A DNA stretch of 64,000 nucleotides from Mobula hypostoma (lineage: Eukaryota). The stretch is taken from contig NC_086097.1 of assembly GCF_963921235.1 (NCBI RefSeq), forward strand, positions 233,122,001 to 233,186,000. Direction: 5' to 3'. Below are positions 25,523 to 38,700 of the stretch, piece after piece (within the stretch, counting starts at the first letter, position 1; the number at the start of each line of letters is the position of its first letter). Made by a program: the position numbers and the translations under genes. The notes under the pieces were generated by a model. The model saw only the letters and a program-made list of their open reading frames with translations. It was not told where the DNA came from and did not search any database.

Positions 25523-28000
25523 CAGGCAAGGCTAAACAAAGAAATAAAACAAGCCAAAAGGATCTATAAAGAGAAAGTGGAAAAGCTCTTCCTGCTAGGG
25601 AAAAGGTAGAGCCGCCTGGAAAGTTGTCAAAACAATAGTCGGCCTCTGTAATCAACAGCCTCCATCCTACCTAAGTCGGGAGGAATGTGTAGAGTTTGCA
25701 AAAGTACTGAACAGCTTTTACTGCAGGTTTGATCAGTGTAACTTCACACTGGAGATGGAGGAGCTGACCACCATTCTCCTATCAGATGCACTAAGCAGCA
25801 CCATTACAGAGTTTCATCTGAGAGAGGTGGAGAGAGTAGTCAAGAGAACAAACCCCAGTAAAGCACCAGGTCCAGACAACATCAGTGGATGTCTACTGAA
25901 ACTCTGCTGTAGACACCTGTCAGAAGTTTTCTGTCATCTCTTCAACTGCGCTCCGTCTGAACATTCCATACCAACTATTTGGAAAACCACCATAATATGC
26001 CCAATTCCCAAGAAGAGCAATCCCACCTGCAATAATGACTATCTTCCTGTAGCTCTAACATCACTGGTAATGAAGTCCTTTGAAAGGCCCTTCCTACCTC
26101 AGCTACAGGTGATTGTGAGTGGGGTCACTGACCTACTCCAGTTTGTTTATAGGCCAAAAAGAGGTGTGGACGATGCATTACTAACGTTACTGCACCATAC
26201 TGACACACACCTGGAGAGCCCTGGATCACTTGTTAGGATGTTGTTTGCAGACTTCTCCAGTGCATTTAACATCGTTCAACCCCATCTGACGGGACACAAG
26301 CTCCAGCAAATGAATGTAAACCCACACCTCATACTCTTCATCCTCTCCTTCCCCACAGACAGACAACAAAAACTGAGATAGACAATAGACAATAGACAAT
26401 AGGTGCAGGAGTAGGCCATTCGGCCCTTCGAGCCAGCACTGCCATTCACTGTGATCATGGCTGATCATCCACTATCAGTATCCAGTTCCTGCCTTATCCC
26501 CATAACCTTTGATTCCGCTATCTTTAAGAACTCTATCCATCCCTTTCTTGAAAGCATCCAGGGACTTAGCCTCCACAGCCTTCTGGGGCAGAGCATTCCA
26601 TACATCCACCACTCTCTGGGTGAAAAAGTTTTCCTCAACATCCTAAATGGCCTACCCCTTATTCTTAAACTGTGGCCTCTGGTTCTGGACTCACCCATCA
26701 GCAGGCACATGCTTCCTGCCTCCAATGTGTCCAATCCCTTAATAATCTTATATGTCTCAATAAGATCCCCTCTCAGCCTTCTAAATTCCAGAGTATACAA
26801 GCCCAGTCGCTCCAATCTTTCAACATATGACAGTCCCGCCATCCCGGGAATTAACCCTGTGAACCTACACTGCACTCCCTCAATAGCAAGAATGTCTTTC
26901 CTCAAATTTGGAGACCAAAACTGCACACAGTACTCCAGGTGTGGTCTCATCAGGGCCCTGTACAGCTGCAGAAGGACCTCTCTGCTCTTATACTCAATTC
27001 CCCTTGTTATGAAGGCCAAGATGCCATTAGCTTTCTTCGCTGCCTGCTGTACTTGCATGCTTACTTTCAGTGACTGATGTACAAGAACATCTAGATCTCA
27101 TTGTACTTCCCCTTTTCCTAACTTGACTCCGTTTAGATAATAATCTGCCTTCCTGTTGTTACCACCAAAGTGGATAACCTCACATTTATCCACATTAAAC
27201 TGCATCTGCCATGCAGTATAACTAAGGAAATGGTAGTGGACTTTAGAAAACAACAGTACACTGTCCCAACCCTGGAAATAAGTGGCCAGTTGATAGAGCA
27301 TGTTACAGAATACAAATACCTCAGCACAACTATAGATAACAAAATCACTTTTAAGACCAGTGCTGGGTTAAATGCTCTCCAAGGGCCAACAACAGCTATT
27401 TTTGCTTAGGAAGATGTGTAAACTTCAGGTCCAGTCATCAACTCACCAGACATTTTAGAAATGTTTCATTGAATCAATATTAACCTACAACATCAGACAC
27501 GGTTCGAAACAATGAGCACTATCAGCCTCAGCCCAATTGTCGGAATAAGTAGTAAAATCATTGGCCAGGAGCAAGAATCTCTCAGCAGCATCTATAAGAG
27601 ATGGACAATAAAGAAGCTCAACAAATAGTAGAGGGCATTACACATACACTTCATACACACTACACTCTCATGCCATCTGGAATCAGCTGCAGGTCCCTGC
27701 CCATCAGCACCAGAAGAACCTTATCCAGTTTTGTGCCTTCTTCCATTTGTCTTCTCAACACCCAATTTTGAGTATGTAGTATGAATAGCACCTTTGACAA
27801 TAAAAACAGTCAGTTTTATTAAGCGTATTTGTATTTTAAGTTATATGCTTTAATGTTTAGTATTTATTATTTATTGAAAGTATTTTATATTGTGTTTAAC
27901 TATATGTAGTGTGGTGTTGCGTATCTTAAGTTCTGTGATGTTGTCCTTACCACTGCACAAACAAAGTTCCTCACGGAAAATAAAGTGAAAATGAGTGTGA
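25523..28000 (+). mobile_element. Rex/Babar LINE nested in the Gypsy element and interrupted by a CR1
   Basis: KAPGPDNISG, PIPKK..NDYLPVALTSLVMKSFER, RMLFADFSSAFN, TKEMVVDFRK, YKYL; 3' aataaagtgaa. Confidence 0.9.
26380..27215 (-). mobile_element. Young CR1 3' fragment nested in the Rex element
   Basis: ORF 26465..27058 with RPHLEYCVQFWSP; tail (atagacaa)n on plus. Confidence 0.92.
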
Positions 28001-28660
28001 ATTTTGGCCCTCCAGTTTTTACCACATGCAGGCCCAGTGTGGCTTGTTAATTGCCATATTTTACAGTTATGAATGTCATCCCCACAGGAATGATCTTTTC
28101 TCCAGTATATATTTCTAGTTGGATATCTGCAGGCTTCAGTTCAGTCTCTTTGAAATGTTATTCAAACTCATTTTGTGGAATGATTGAAACAGCCAAGCCA
28201 GTGTCCAATTCCATTTTAATAAATTTGCCATTCACTTCTGGTGAAAGCCATATTGCCTGTCTATTGTTAGTTTTCACATGGTAAATCACAAGGCTACAAG
28301 ATCCTGAGTCACTCTGATCATTAACAGATTGTTCATCCAGCAAGCAGATTAGTGTTCCTTTTGAAACTGCAACTTGACTTTTATTTTTCTCTTCCCTGTG
28401 CAGTCCATTTATTTTTGTCTGCCTGTCATGCTCTTTGTATGTGTCCTAGATTTTTACATTTTCCGCAAGTTTTGCCTTTAAACCTGCACTGGTCAGTGTA
28501 TTTGAGCTGCTGCCACAATGGTGATATCATTTGTTTGGCCAGGTGGGCTTCTGTTTAAATGTTGCAGTTTTGTTCACACTCACTTTCTCTTCTGACAGCA
28601 ACTCAATTGTGTCACTATCTGCTGTTTCAATGGATACAGCTATTTCACCTGTTCTTTTAA
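28001..28660 (-). mobile_element. Gypsy gag zinc knuckles and aspartic protease
   Basis: VNGKFIKMELDTGLAVSII; CRFKGKTCGKCKNLGHIQRA on minus. Confidence 0.85.
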
Positions 28661-28663
28661 ATA

Positions 28664-29537
28664 AAGTGGCATGCAAAACCTTGGGCACCCCTGGTCAAAA
28701 TTTCTGTTACTGTGAATAGCTAAACAAGTAAAAGATGACCTAATTTCCAAAAGGCATAAAGTTAAAGATGACACAATTCTTTAATATTTTAAGCAAGATT
28801 ACTTTTTTATTTCCATCTTTCACAATTTCAAAATAGCAAAAAAGGAAAAGGGCCCGAAGCAAAAGTTTGGGCACCCTGCATGACAGTATTTAGTGACACC
28901 CCCTTTGGCAAGTATCACAGCTTGTAAACACTTTTTGTAGCCAGCAAAGAGTCTTTCAATTCTTGTTTGGGGGATTTATGCCCATTCTTCCTTGCAAAAG
29001 GCTTCCAGTTCTGTGAGATTCTTGGGCCATCTTGCATGCACTGCTCTTTTGAGATCTATCCACAGATTTTTGATGATGTTTAGGTCAGGGGCCATGACAA
29101 AACCTTCAGCTTGCGCCTCTTGAGGTAGTCCATTGTGGATTTTGAGGTGTGTTTAGGATCATTATCCTGTTGTAGAAGCCTTCCTCTTTTCATCGTCAGC
29201 TTTTTTACAGACAGTGTGATGTTTGCTTCCATAATTTGCTGGTATTTAATTGAATTCATTCTTCCCTCTACCAGTGAAATGTTCCCCGTGCCACTGGCTG
29301 CAACACAAGCCCAAAGCATGATCGATCCCCCCCCCCGTGCTTAACAGTTGGAGAGGGGTTCTTTTCATGAAATTCTACACCCTTTCTTCTCCAGACATAC
29401 CTTTGCTCATTGCAACCAAAAAGTTTTATTCAAAAAGTTTTATTCAAAAAGTTCAAAGGAACATCTAAACAAGCCTGATGCATTTTGGAAACAAGTCCTG
29501 TGGACTGAAGAAGTTAAAATAGAACTTTTTGGCTGCA
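28664..29537 (-). mobile_element. Tc1/mariner transposon fragment: one IR/DR-type terminus and a DDE transposase remnant
   Basis: Terminus after TA; repeated gcaaaa..ttgggcaccc at ~28673 and ~28860; KHGGGSIMLW, QQDNDPKHTSK, VLWTEE.KIELFG. Confidence 0.9.
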
Positions 29538-29924
29538 AAAAATGTATGCTTTCCCACCTAATGCACTCAGCAAAACTGACATGCATTTTTCAGTGGCTAT
29601 TTCATTTGCTTTAAAATTCTGCTCAATTCGCTCAGTGTACAATATCCAATTATCTCTTATATAATCGAACAAGTCTGTCTTTCTGGAGTATTCAGGCATT
29701 TCTGTTTTTTTTAAATTTATGATTATTATTACTGCGAAGGAACCCATGAAATTGTCCATTTTCTTCCTTTTTTAACATGACTATCTCTTTCCCTTCTTGG
29801 AGAAACACATGCTACGCTGTTTTTTGACTCAACCATTTCTTCTGCCCTTTTATAAAAAATTTGAACGTCTTGCTTCAATAGTAATTAGTCATTTCAGGTT
29901 TGTTCAACATTTCCTCATCACTAC
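29538..29924 (-). mobile_element. Gypsy leader, degenerate primer-binding site and gag N-terminus
   Basis: FDYIRDNWILYTERIEQNFKANEI..LLSALGGKAY; gtagtgatgagg adjacent to the LTR. Confidence 0.8.
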
Positions 29925-30156
29925 TGTTTTGTTTTATATTCTAAAACATAAAATGAATTAAAAGGAAACATGGAGCTGTGAATGTGCGTCTTAGTTTCAT
30001 TTTTTACATTTGTGAGGCGTGCATATATAATGTGGTGGCATGATGACGTATGACGTTCACAAACTTTTACATATAGCCTGCAATGCATTATGTAAACAAG
30101 GAATGCATAATCAAACAATATATTTACAATATTACTGAAATATTTAATTCACCACA
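29925..30156 (-). mobile_element. 5' LTR of the Gypsy provirus
   Basis: Minus strand TGTGGT...AAAACA; homologous to 24961-25207. Confidence 0.85.
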
Positions 30157-31058
30157 CTCTGCACCTCTGATTTTTGAATTTTCTCTCTGTTTAGAAAAAA
30201 GTCCACACTTCTATATTTTTTACTAAGATGCATCACCATTCACTTCCCTATACTATATTCCATCTAACGCTTCTTTGCCCATTCTCCTAAACTAAGTCCT
30301 TCTGCAAACTCTCTACTTCGTTAAAACTACCTGCACCTCCATTTATCTCCACATCATCTGCAAACTTGACCACAAAGACATTGATTCCATCATCCAAATT
30401 GTTGACATGTAATGTGAAATGAAGTGATTCTTGTGGAACAGCACTAGTCACCAGCAGCCAATCAGAATAAACCTTTCAGTCAGCCACACTTACTTTATTT
30501 TATTTAGAGATACAGTGTGGAATAGGCCCTGCAACCCCTGACTACCGTGATTTTACTCAAACTTACCCACAGGACAACTTATAAGGAGAAATTAACCTAT
30601 CTGGTTAATTGTAGGAGGAAACCAGAGGACCTGTACATTGCACTGGGAGGATGTACAGAGACACCTTTACAGATGATACCGGAATTGAACTCTGAACTCT
30701 GAACTCTGATGCTTCAAGCTGTAATGGCATCATGCAGCTCTTCCCTGTGCAGTCCATTTATTTTTGTCTGCCTGTCATGCTCTTTGTATGTGTCCTAGAC
30801 TTTTACATTTTCTGCAAGTTTTGCCTTTAAACCTGCATTGGTCAGTGTATGTACCCTAAGTGCCGAACATTTACCATGCTAATACGATATCTTTCCAAAG
30901 GCACTTGTTTTGTTAAGCAGCCTCTTGTGTGGCACCTTGTCAAAAACCCTTTGAAAATCCAAGTAAACAATATCCACTGACTCTCCATTGTCTATCCTGC
31001 CTGTTATTTCCTCAAAGAATTCCAACTGATTTGTCTGCAAGACTTTCCCTAAAGGAAA
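30157..31058 (-). mobile_element. CR1 RT fragment (host of the Gypsy insertion), interrupted by a V-SINE-like piece (~30495-30735) and a templated duplication
   Basis: LEFFEEITGRIDNGESVDIVYLDFQRVFDKVPH; similar to 55420-55870. Confidence 0.8.
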
Positions 31059-31877
31059 ATTTGCTGATGATACAACCATTGTTGGTAGAATCTCAGATGG
31101 TGATGAGAGGGCATACAGGAGTGAGATATGCCAACTAGTGGAATGGTGTCGCAGCAACAACCTGGCACTCAACGTCAGTAGATGAAGGAACACATACCAA
31201 TCCTCATAGAGGGATCAGAAGTGGAGAGCGTGAGCAGTTTCAAGTTCCTGGGTGTCAAGAACTCTGAGGACCTAACCTGGTCCCAAAGTATCGATACAAT
31301 TATAAAGAAGGCAAGACAGCGATTATACTTCATTTGGAGTTTGAAGAGATTTGGTATGCCAACAAATACACTTAAAAACTTCTATAGATGTGCCTTGGAG
31401 AGCCTTCTGACAGGCTGTGTCATTGTCTGGTATGGGGGGGTGGGGCTACTGCACAGGACTGAAAGAAGCTGCAGAGGGTTGTAAATTTAGTCCGCTCCAT
31501 CTTGGGTACTAGCCTACAAAGTACCCAGGACATCTTCAAGGAACGGTGTCTCAGAAAGGCAGCGTCCATTATTAAGGACCTCCAACACCCAGGTAGGAGG
31601 TACAGAATCTGAAGGCACTCACTCAGCGATTCAGGAACAGCTTTTTCCCCTTTGCCAACCAATTTCTAAATGGACATTGAACCCTTGAACACTACCTCAC
31701 TTTTAAAATATATGTACACTTTTCAATCTATTCAATATATGTATACTGTAATTAATTTACTTCTTTATTTAATACTATAATTATTATTTTTTTCTTCTTT
31801 ATTATGTATTGCATTGAACTGCTGCTAACAAATTTAATGACACATGCCAGTGATGATAAACCTGATTCTGATTCAGA
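31059..31877 (+). mobile_element. Rex/Babar 3' portion
   Basis: KFADDTTIVG, FKFLGV, KKARQRLYF, FYRCALESLLTGC; tail aaacctgattctgattcagattc. Confidence 0.9.
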
Positions 31878-34440
31878 TTCATGGCTGATCCATTTTTCCT
31901 CTCATCCCCAATCTCCTACCTTTCCCCTGTATCCCTTCATGCCCTGACCAATCAAGAATCTATCAACCTCTCCCTTTAATATACATAAAGAATTGGCCTT
32001 CGTTGCTACATGGGGCAAAGAATTCCACAGACTCACCACTCTCTGGCTAAAGAAATTCCTTCTCATCTCCATTCTAAAAGGATACACCTCTATTTGGAGG
32101 CTGTGTCCTTCTGTCCTAGACTCTCACACTATAGGAAACATTCTATCCACATCCGCTCTATCAGGGGCTATCACCATTCAACAATTTTCAATCAGGTCAT
32201 CCCTCATTCTTCTGAATTCTAGTGAATAAATGCCCAGAGACTTTAACCACTCTTCATATGACAAGCTGATCCTTGGATATTAAGTTCCCAACTATGATCG
32301 TTGTTTAGCTATGATTCAGTAATAGCCATAGTGCCATACCTGCCAGTCTCCAAATGTCCTGCAAGATTATCTCCCTTATTCTGTATACCTTCAGTCCTGT
32401 ATTCATCGGCTTTTTAAATTTTGCCTCCACTTTACAATTTAACTCATCCCGCTGACTGCAATTTTGTCCTATCATCTGCCTGTCTTTCCTCACAGTCTCA
32501 CTACACATTGCATCTCCTTGTATACCAACTGCCCTATCCTCAGCCCTGTCATTCAAAATTCTATTTCCCTGCCAAATTAGTTCAACCTCTCCACAACAGC
32601 TCTACAAACCTACCCACCACAATATTGGTCCCCTCAGGTGTAGGTGCAACCCTTCCTTTTCCTACAGGTCATACATTTCTCAGAAGACATTCCAGTGTAC
32701 CAGACATCTGAAACCCTGCCCCCAGCATTGGTTTCTCAAATCAAATCAAGTTTAATTGTCATTCAAACTATACATGGATACAGCCGAACCTGTGGGGCCA
32801 AGGTAGAAAAATATACATGGACATTCAAAATAGTGTGAAAAGAGAAAAAAAGAACATAGTCACATAAGGAAGCACATTTTAAGTCCAAGACTCTGGAGCG
32901 ACAAGTCCTGCAAATTGATGCTTTCCGGTAATCCAACCTGTAATTCAACCAATGCAACACTGGAGGGCAGCACCAACACGCGAGGCCACCCTCAACTGAG
33001 CCTGGATGCCACACGACAGCTCAAGGGCCTGACTTGAGGCCGAATCCTTGCTACAACTGAGGCTATACTGCTGCCTTGCTACCTGTCTCACCACCGAACA
33101 AGGGAAGCAGGCATATAGCAATCAATGTTCAACTGGGCCTTGCGATCACAAAAGAAATGTCTGAGACAGTCATTTATGATTTTACTACATGCCGCTTTCG
33201 CGCCAACTCAAAGGCACCAACTCCGGTGCCTTTGAGTAGCAGGCAGCAGCATGGTCTATACCCAGGTCAGCTCTTCCAACCCAGTCTGGTTCCTCCTGTG
33301 GCCTGACAGCACGACTCGAATCCCTCGGCCCGACTCGAATCCCTCGGCCCGACGGCCAGACGACCATGACCTACCTTCCTCAGCTCAACAGTCCGACTCG
33401 CCTTCCTCTGCCTGATGGGACGACTCACCTTCTCTGGAACACTGGCTGGCTCTTTCGATTTCCCAGCTGTTTACTCCGAAAGGTGAGCTGCTCACTGATA
33501 CGGTAGACCTGCTGTATACGTAGTGATTGGAGTCAAGGATAATCTGACTTCGTACAAAAACACATTTATCAAAGAAAAAAGCAGCTTTGGTTGTCCCCCC
33601 TCAAGAGGCCAATGTGTGTATACGTGCTGCCATCTTACCAGAAGTTCAGCTCTTGCCCTGACTGGCATGTGGTACTGGGAGTGATCCAGACATTACTACC
33701 TTGGAGATTCTGCACGTCAGTCTCTACCCTGACTCCCTATGCTCATTGTGTAGGACCCTTTCCCCTTTCTACCTATGTCATTGGTGCCAATGTTCGCCCT
33801 CCCTCTTGGGTATCTTTTGCACCCACTCTGGGACATCCCGTATCCTAGCACCTGGAAGGCTACACACCATCCTGGCATTTTTCATAGCCACCAAACTTCT
33901 TGTCCTTCCCCCTAACTAGCGAATCTCCTATCACTATTGCTCTGCTTCACTTTACCCTTCCCTGCTGTGCATTAGAGTCAGTCACAGTGCCACCGGCCTG
34001 CCTGCTGCTGTGTGCCCGGACAGGGCATCGCCCCCAGCACTATGCCAAGCTGTATACTTGTTACAGAGAGGAATGGCCAAAGGGAAACCCTGGACTGAGT
34101 GCTCACTTCCTTTATTTCTCCTGGTGGTCACCCATCTACTATCTGAAACCTGCACTCCGGGCGTGACCACCTCAGTAAAAATCTCATCTATGAGGCTTTC
34201 AGCCTCCCAGACGCTTCTGAGTACATCTAGCTCTAGCTCCAGTTCATGGACCTTGTCAGTCAGAAGCTGCATTTGGAGGCACTTCCTGCAGATGTAGTCA
34301 TCAGGGAGATTGTCAGTTATGCTGAAATCCCATTGTCTGAACTACCATCCTGCCTATACTTGCTATACCTCAAACTTCTCAACCCGCCTGCTGAAGCCTG
34401 TTGAGCCAAAGCCTGACCATTCTAACACTGGCCCACTCCA
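31878..34440 (-). mobile_element. Internally deleted CR1 (3' end, ORF2 start, ORF1 remnants) with an insertion at ~32740-33650
   Basis: RRNFFSQRVVSLWNSLP; ORF1 ICRKCLQMQLLTDKVHELELEL..WVTTRR. Confidence 0.8.
32738..33650 (-). mobile_element. Non-coding element with an AAGATGGC 5' end and an (ATTTG)n tail
   Basis: Interrupts the CR1; minus 5' end gaacttctggtaagatggca. Confidence 0.55.
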
Positions 34441-34617
34441 ATGATGGCTGCTCACACAATTAAAAACCTTAGGAAAAAAACAAGGCAAATTTGCCCTGAA
34501 AAAATAAGTAACGGAAAATTATACTATGCAGTGCTGAGCTCAGCCCGAAACCTCACTTGCAGCAAACGTGAAGCAGACCAGTGAAACTGCAGTTCTCTAT
34601 TCATAATTTGACCTCAC

Positions 34618-35387
34618 TCAAAGTTCAAAGTTCAAGGTACATTTTTTATAAAAGTATCTGTACATTGAACAACCTTGAGATTCGTCTCCTTACAGGCAGC
34701 CACAAAACAAAGAAATCCAAAAGAACCCATTAAAAAAGGCTGTCAAATACTCAATGTGCAGAGAGAAAAATAATAAATCATGCAAGCAATAAAAGTAAGC
34801 AAATAGCATTTAAAATTAAAGTGAGTCCTCAGAGGCAAAGATAGGAGAAGACCACAGCCTCAGCTTCGGTGCAGCGCTGAGCAGAATAAATGTCATAGAG
34901 CAGCAAGCAGAACCAGCTTGACCCTGACCTTCTGGTCCCAAGACCCTGTCGTTTCAATCCATCTGGCCCAGTGCTTAAAAAGTCCAAACATTAGGTCATT
35001 CCTCACATTAACTCCTGGGCCCTGTCGCATCAAACCGCTCTGGACTTGGACCCCACAGACACATTTCAGCCCAACCCTACTTTTCTATATTGTCCCTGTG
35101 CTTAGATCAATCAAACTTCACCCTCTTTTTCAGATGGGCCTCAAATCCGTTTCTCCTCCACTCCAACTTTACTCCGCTTGCCTAGACCTCACCTTGAATA
35201 TGCCTCGGACACCCAGGACTCAGCCTTGCCTTTGCTCGGCTCTTCATTGTGTGCAGTGAACATTTACCATACGTGTTTTAACAGAAAAAGTGTTATTAAT
35301 TAAGTATTTAATCCTATTCCTTGTTTTGTTATCCACCAGAAGTAGTCGCTAGACTTCAGCAGTGCCATCTTAAACCAGAAGTTCAGC
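34618..35387 (-). mobile_element. Non-coding element with an AAGATGGC 5' end and a Rex-type tail
   Basis: Tail caaagttcaaagttcaagg..acaaccttgagattc on plus; 5' gaacttctggtttaagatggca. Confidence 0.6.
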
Positions 35388-35793
35388 CATGGTCTGGCAC
35401 AAAATTGTTGTGGGCATCAATGCATAGGTGAGAGCTTTGTAGATGACAAGTTTTCTGATGACTAGAAAAGGACTAATTAGGTAATAATTAGCTGCATTGG
35501 AATTGTTCTTCTTTTTGTGAATGGTATATTTGTGAGCCATTAGTCCAAGATGCCAGTGTTAGAAACATAGAAAACCTACAGTACAATACAGACCCTTCGG
35601 CCCACAAAGCTGTGCCGAACATGATCTTACCTGAAAAATTACCTAGGATTACCTTTAGCCCTCTATTTTTCTGAGCTTCATATACCTATCCGGGAGTCTC
35701 TTAAAAGACCCTATCATATCTGCCTTCACCGCCTTTGCCCATTCCACGCACTCATCACTCTCTGCGTAAGAAAAGATACCTACTTCCAAGCAT

Positions 35794-38700
35794 AGAACAT
35801 AGAACATAGAATAGTACAGCACAGTACAGGCCCTTCGGCCCACATTGTTGTGCCGACCCTCAAACCCTGCCTCCCATATAAGCCCCCACCTTAGATTCCT
35901 CCATATACCTGTCTAGTAGTCTCTTAAACTTCACTAGTGTATCTGCCTCCACCACTGACTCAGGCAGTGCATTCCACACACCAACCACTCTCTGATTAAA
36001 AACCTTCCTCTAATATCCCCCTTGAACTTCCCACCCCTTACCTTAAAGCCATGTCCTCTTGTATTGAGCAGTGGTGCCCTGGGGAAGAGGCGCTGGCTAT
36101 CCACTCTATCTATTCCTCTTATTATCTTGTACACCTCTATCATGTCTCCTCTCATCCTCCTTCTCTCCAAAGAGTGAAGTCCTAGCTCCCTTAATCTCTG
36201 ATCATAATGCATACTCTCTAAAGCAGGCAGCATCCTGGTAAATCTCCTTTGTACCCTTTCTAATGCTTCCACATCCTTCCTATAGTGAGGTGACCAGAAC
36301 TGGACACAGTACTCCAAGTGTGGTCTAACCAGAGTTTTATAGAGCTGCATCATTACATCGCGACTCTTAAACTCTCTCCCTCGACTTATGAAAGCTAACA
36401 CCCCATAAGCTTTCTTAACTACCCTATCCACCTGTGAGGCAACTTTCAGGGATCTGTGGACATGTACCCCGAGATCCCTCTGCTCCTCCACACTACCAAG
36501 TATCCTGCCACTTACTTTGTACTCTGCCTTGGAGTTTGTCCTTCCAAAGTGTACCACCTCACACTTCTCCGGGTTAAACTCCATCTGCCACTTCTCAGCC
36601 CACTTCTGCATCCTATCAATGTCTCTCTGCAATCTTTGACAATCCTCTATCTACACTATCTACAACACCACCAACCTTTGTGTCGTCTGCAAACTTGCCA
36701 ACCCACCCTTCTACCCCCACATCCAGGTCATTAATAAAAATCACGAAAAGTAGAGGTCCCAGAACAGATCCTTGTGGGACACCACTAGTCACAATTCTCC
36801 AATCTGAATGTACTCCCTCCACCACCACCCTCTGCCTTCTGCAGGCAAGCCAATTCTGAATCCACCTGGCCAAACTTCCCTGGATCCCATGCCTTCTAAC
36901 TTTCTGAATAAGCTTACCATGTGAAACCTTGTCAAATGCCTTACTAAAATCCATATAGATCACATCCACTGCACTACCCTCATCTATATGCCTGGTCACC
37001 TCCTCAAAAAACTCTATCAGGCTTGTTAGACACGATCTGCCCTTCACAAAGCCATGCTGACTGTCCCTGATCAGACCATGATTCTCTAAATACCTATATA
37101 TCCTACCTCTAAGAATCTTTTCCAACAGCTTTCCCACGACAAACGTAAGGCTCACTGGTCTAATTACCCGGACTATCCCTACTTCCTTTTTTGAACAAGG
37201 GAACAACATTCGCCTCCCTCCAATCCTCTGGTACTATTCCCGTGGGCAACGAGGACATAAAGATCCTAGCCAGAGGCTCAGCAATCTCTCCTCTCACCTC
37301 GTGGAGCAGCCTGGGGAATATTCCGTCAGGTCCCGGGGACTGATCTGTCCTAATATATTTTAACAACTCCAACACCTTCTCTCCCTTAATATCAGCATGT
37401 TCCAGAACATCAACCTCACTCATATTGTCCTCACCATCATCAAGTTCCCTCTCATTGGTGAATACCGAAGAGAAGTATTCATTGAGGACCTTGCTCACTT
37501 CCACAGCCTCCAGGCACATCTTCCTACCTTTATCTCTAATGGGTCCTACCTTCACTCCCGTCATCCTTTTTCTCTTCACATAATTGAAGAATGCCTTGGG
37601 GTTTTCCTTTACCCTACTTGCCAAGGCCTTCTCATGCCCCCTTCTTGCTCTTCTCAGCCCCTTCTTAAGCTCCTTTCTTGCTTCGCTATATTCCTCAATA
37701 GACCCATCTGATCCTTGCTTCCTAAACTTCATGTATGCTGCCTTCTTCCACCTGACTAGATTTTCCACCTCACTTGTCTCCCATGGTTCCTTCACCCTAC
37801 CATTCTTTATCTTCCTCACCGGGACAAATTTATCCCTTACATCCCGCAAGAGATCGCTAAACATCGACCACATGTCCATAGTACATTTCCCTGCAAAAAC
37901 ATCATCCCAATTCACACCTGCAAGTTCTAGCCTTATAGCCTCATAATTTGCCTTTCCCCAATTAAAAATTTTCCTGTCCTCTTTGATTCTATCCTTTTCC
38001 ACGATAATTATAAAGGCCAGGGAATGGTGGTCACTGTCCCCAGATGCTCACCCACTGAGAGATCTGTGACCTGACCCGGTTCATTACCTAGTACTAGATC
38101 TAGTATGGCATTCCCCCTGGTCGGCCTGTCCGCATACTGTGACAGGAGTCCATCCTGGACACACTTAACAAATTCTGCCCCATCTAAACCCTTGGAACTA
38201 ATCAGGTGCCAATCAATATTAGGGAAGTTAAGGTCACCCATGATAACAACCCTGTTATTTTTGCACCTTTCCAAAATCTGCCTCCCAATCTGCTCCTCTG
38301 TATCTCTGCTGCTACCAGGGGGCCTATAGAATACCCCCAGTAGAGTAACTGCTCCCTTCCTATTCCTGACTTCCACCCATATTGACTCAAAAGAGGATCC
38401 TACTACATTACCCACCCTTTCTGTAGCTGTAATAGTATCCCTGACCAGTAATGCCACCCCTCCTCCCCTTTTTCCGCCCTCTCTATCCCTTTTAAAGCAC
38501 AGAAATCCAGGAATATTGAGAATCCATTCCTGCCCTGGTGCCAGCCAAGTCTCTGTAATGGCCACTACATCATAATTCCATGTATGTATCCAGGCTCTCA
38601 GTTCATCACCTTTGTTCCTGATGCTTCTTGCATTGAGGTACACACATTTCAGCCCTCTACCTTACTGTCTTTACACCATTTATTCTGCTTCTCTTTCCTC

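Noticed and set aside
26451..27077. 208-aa plus-strand ORF and similar antisense ORFs
   Set aside because: Shadow frames antisense to CR1 RT, recurring in other copies.
33312..33353. 19-bp direct repeat as a CRISPR-like array
   Set aside because: Only about 2.2 adjacent units with no spacers, in vertebrate DNA; a simple local duplication.
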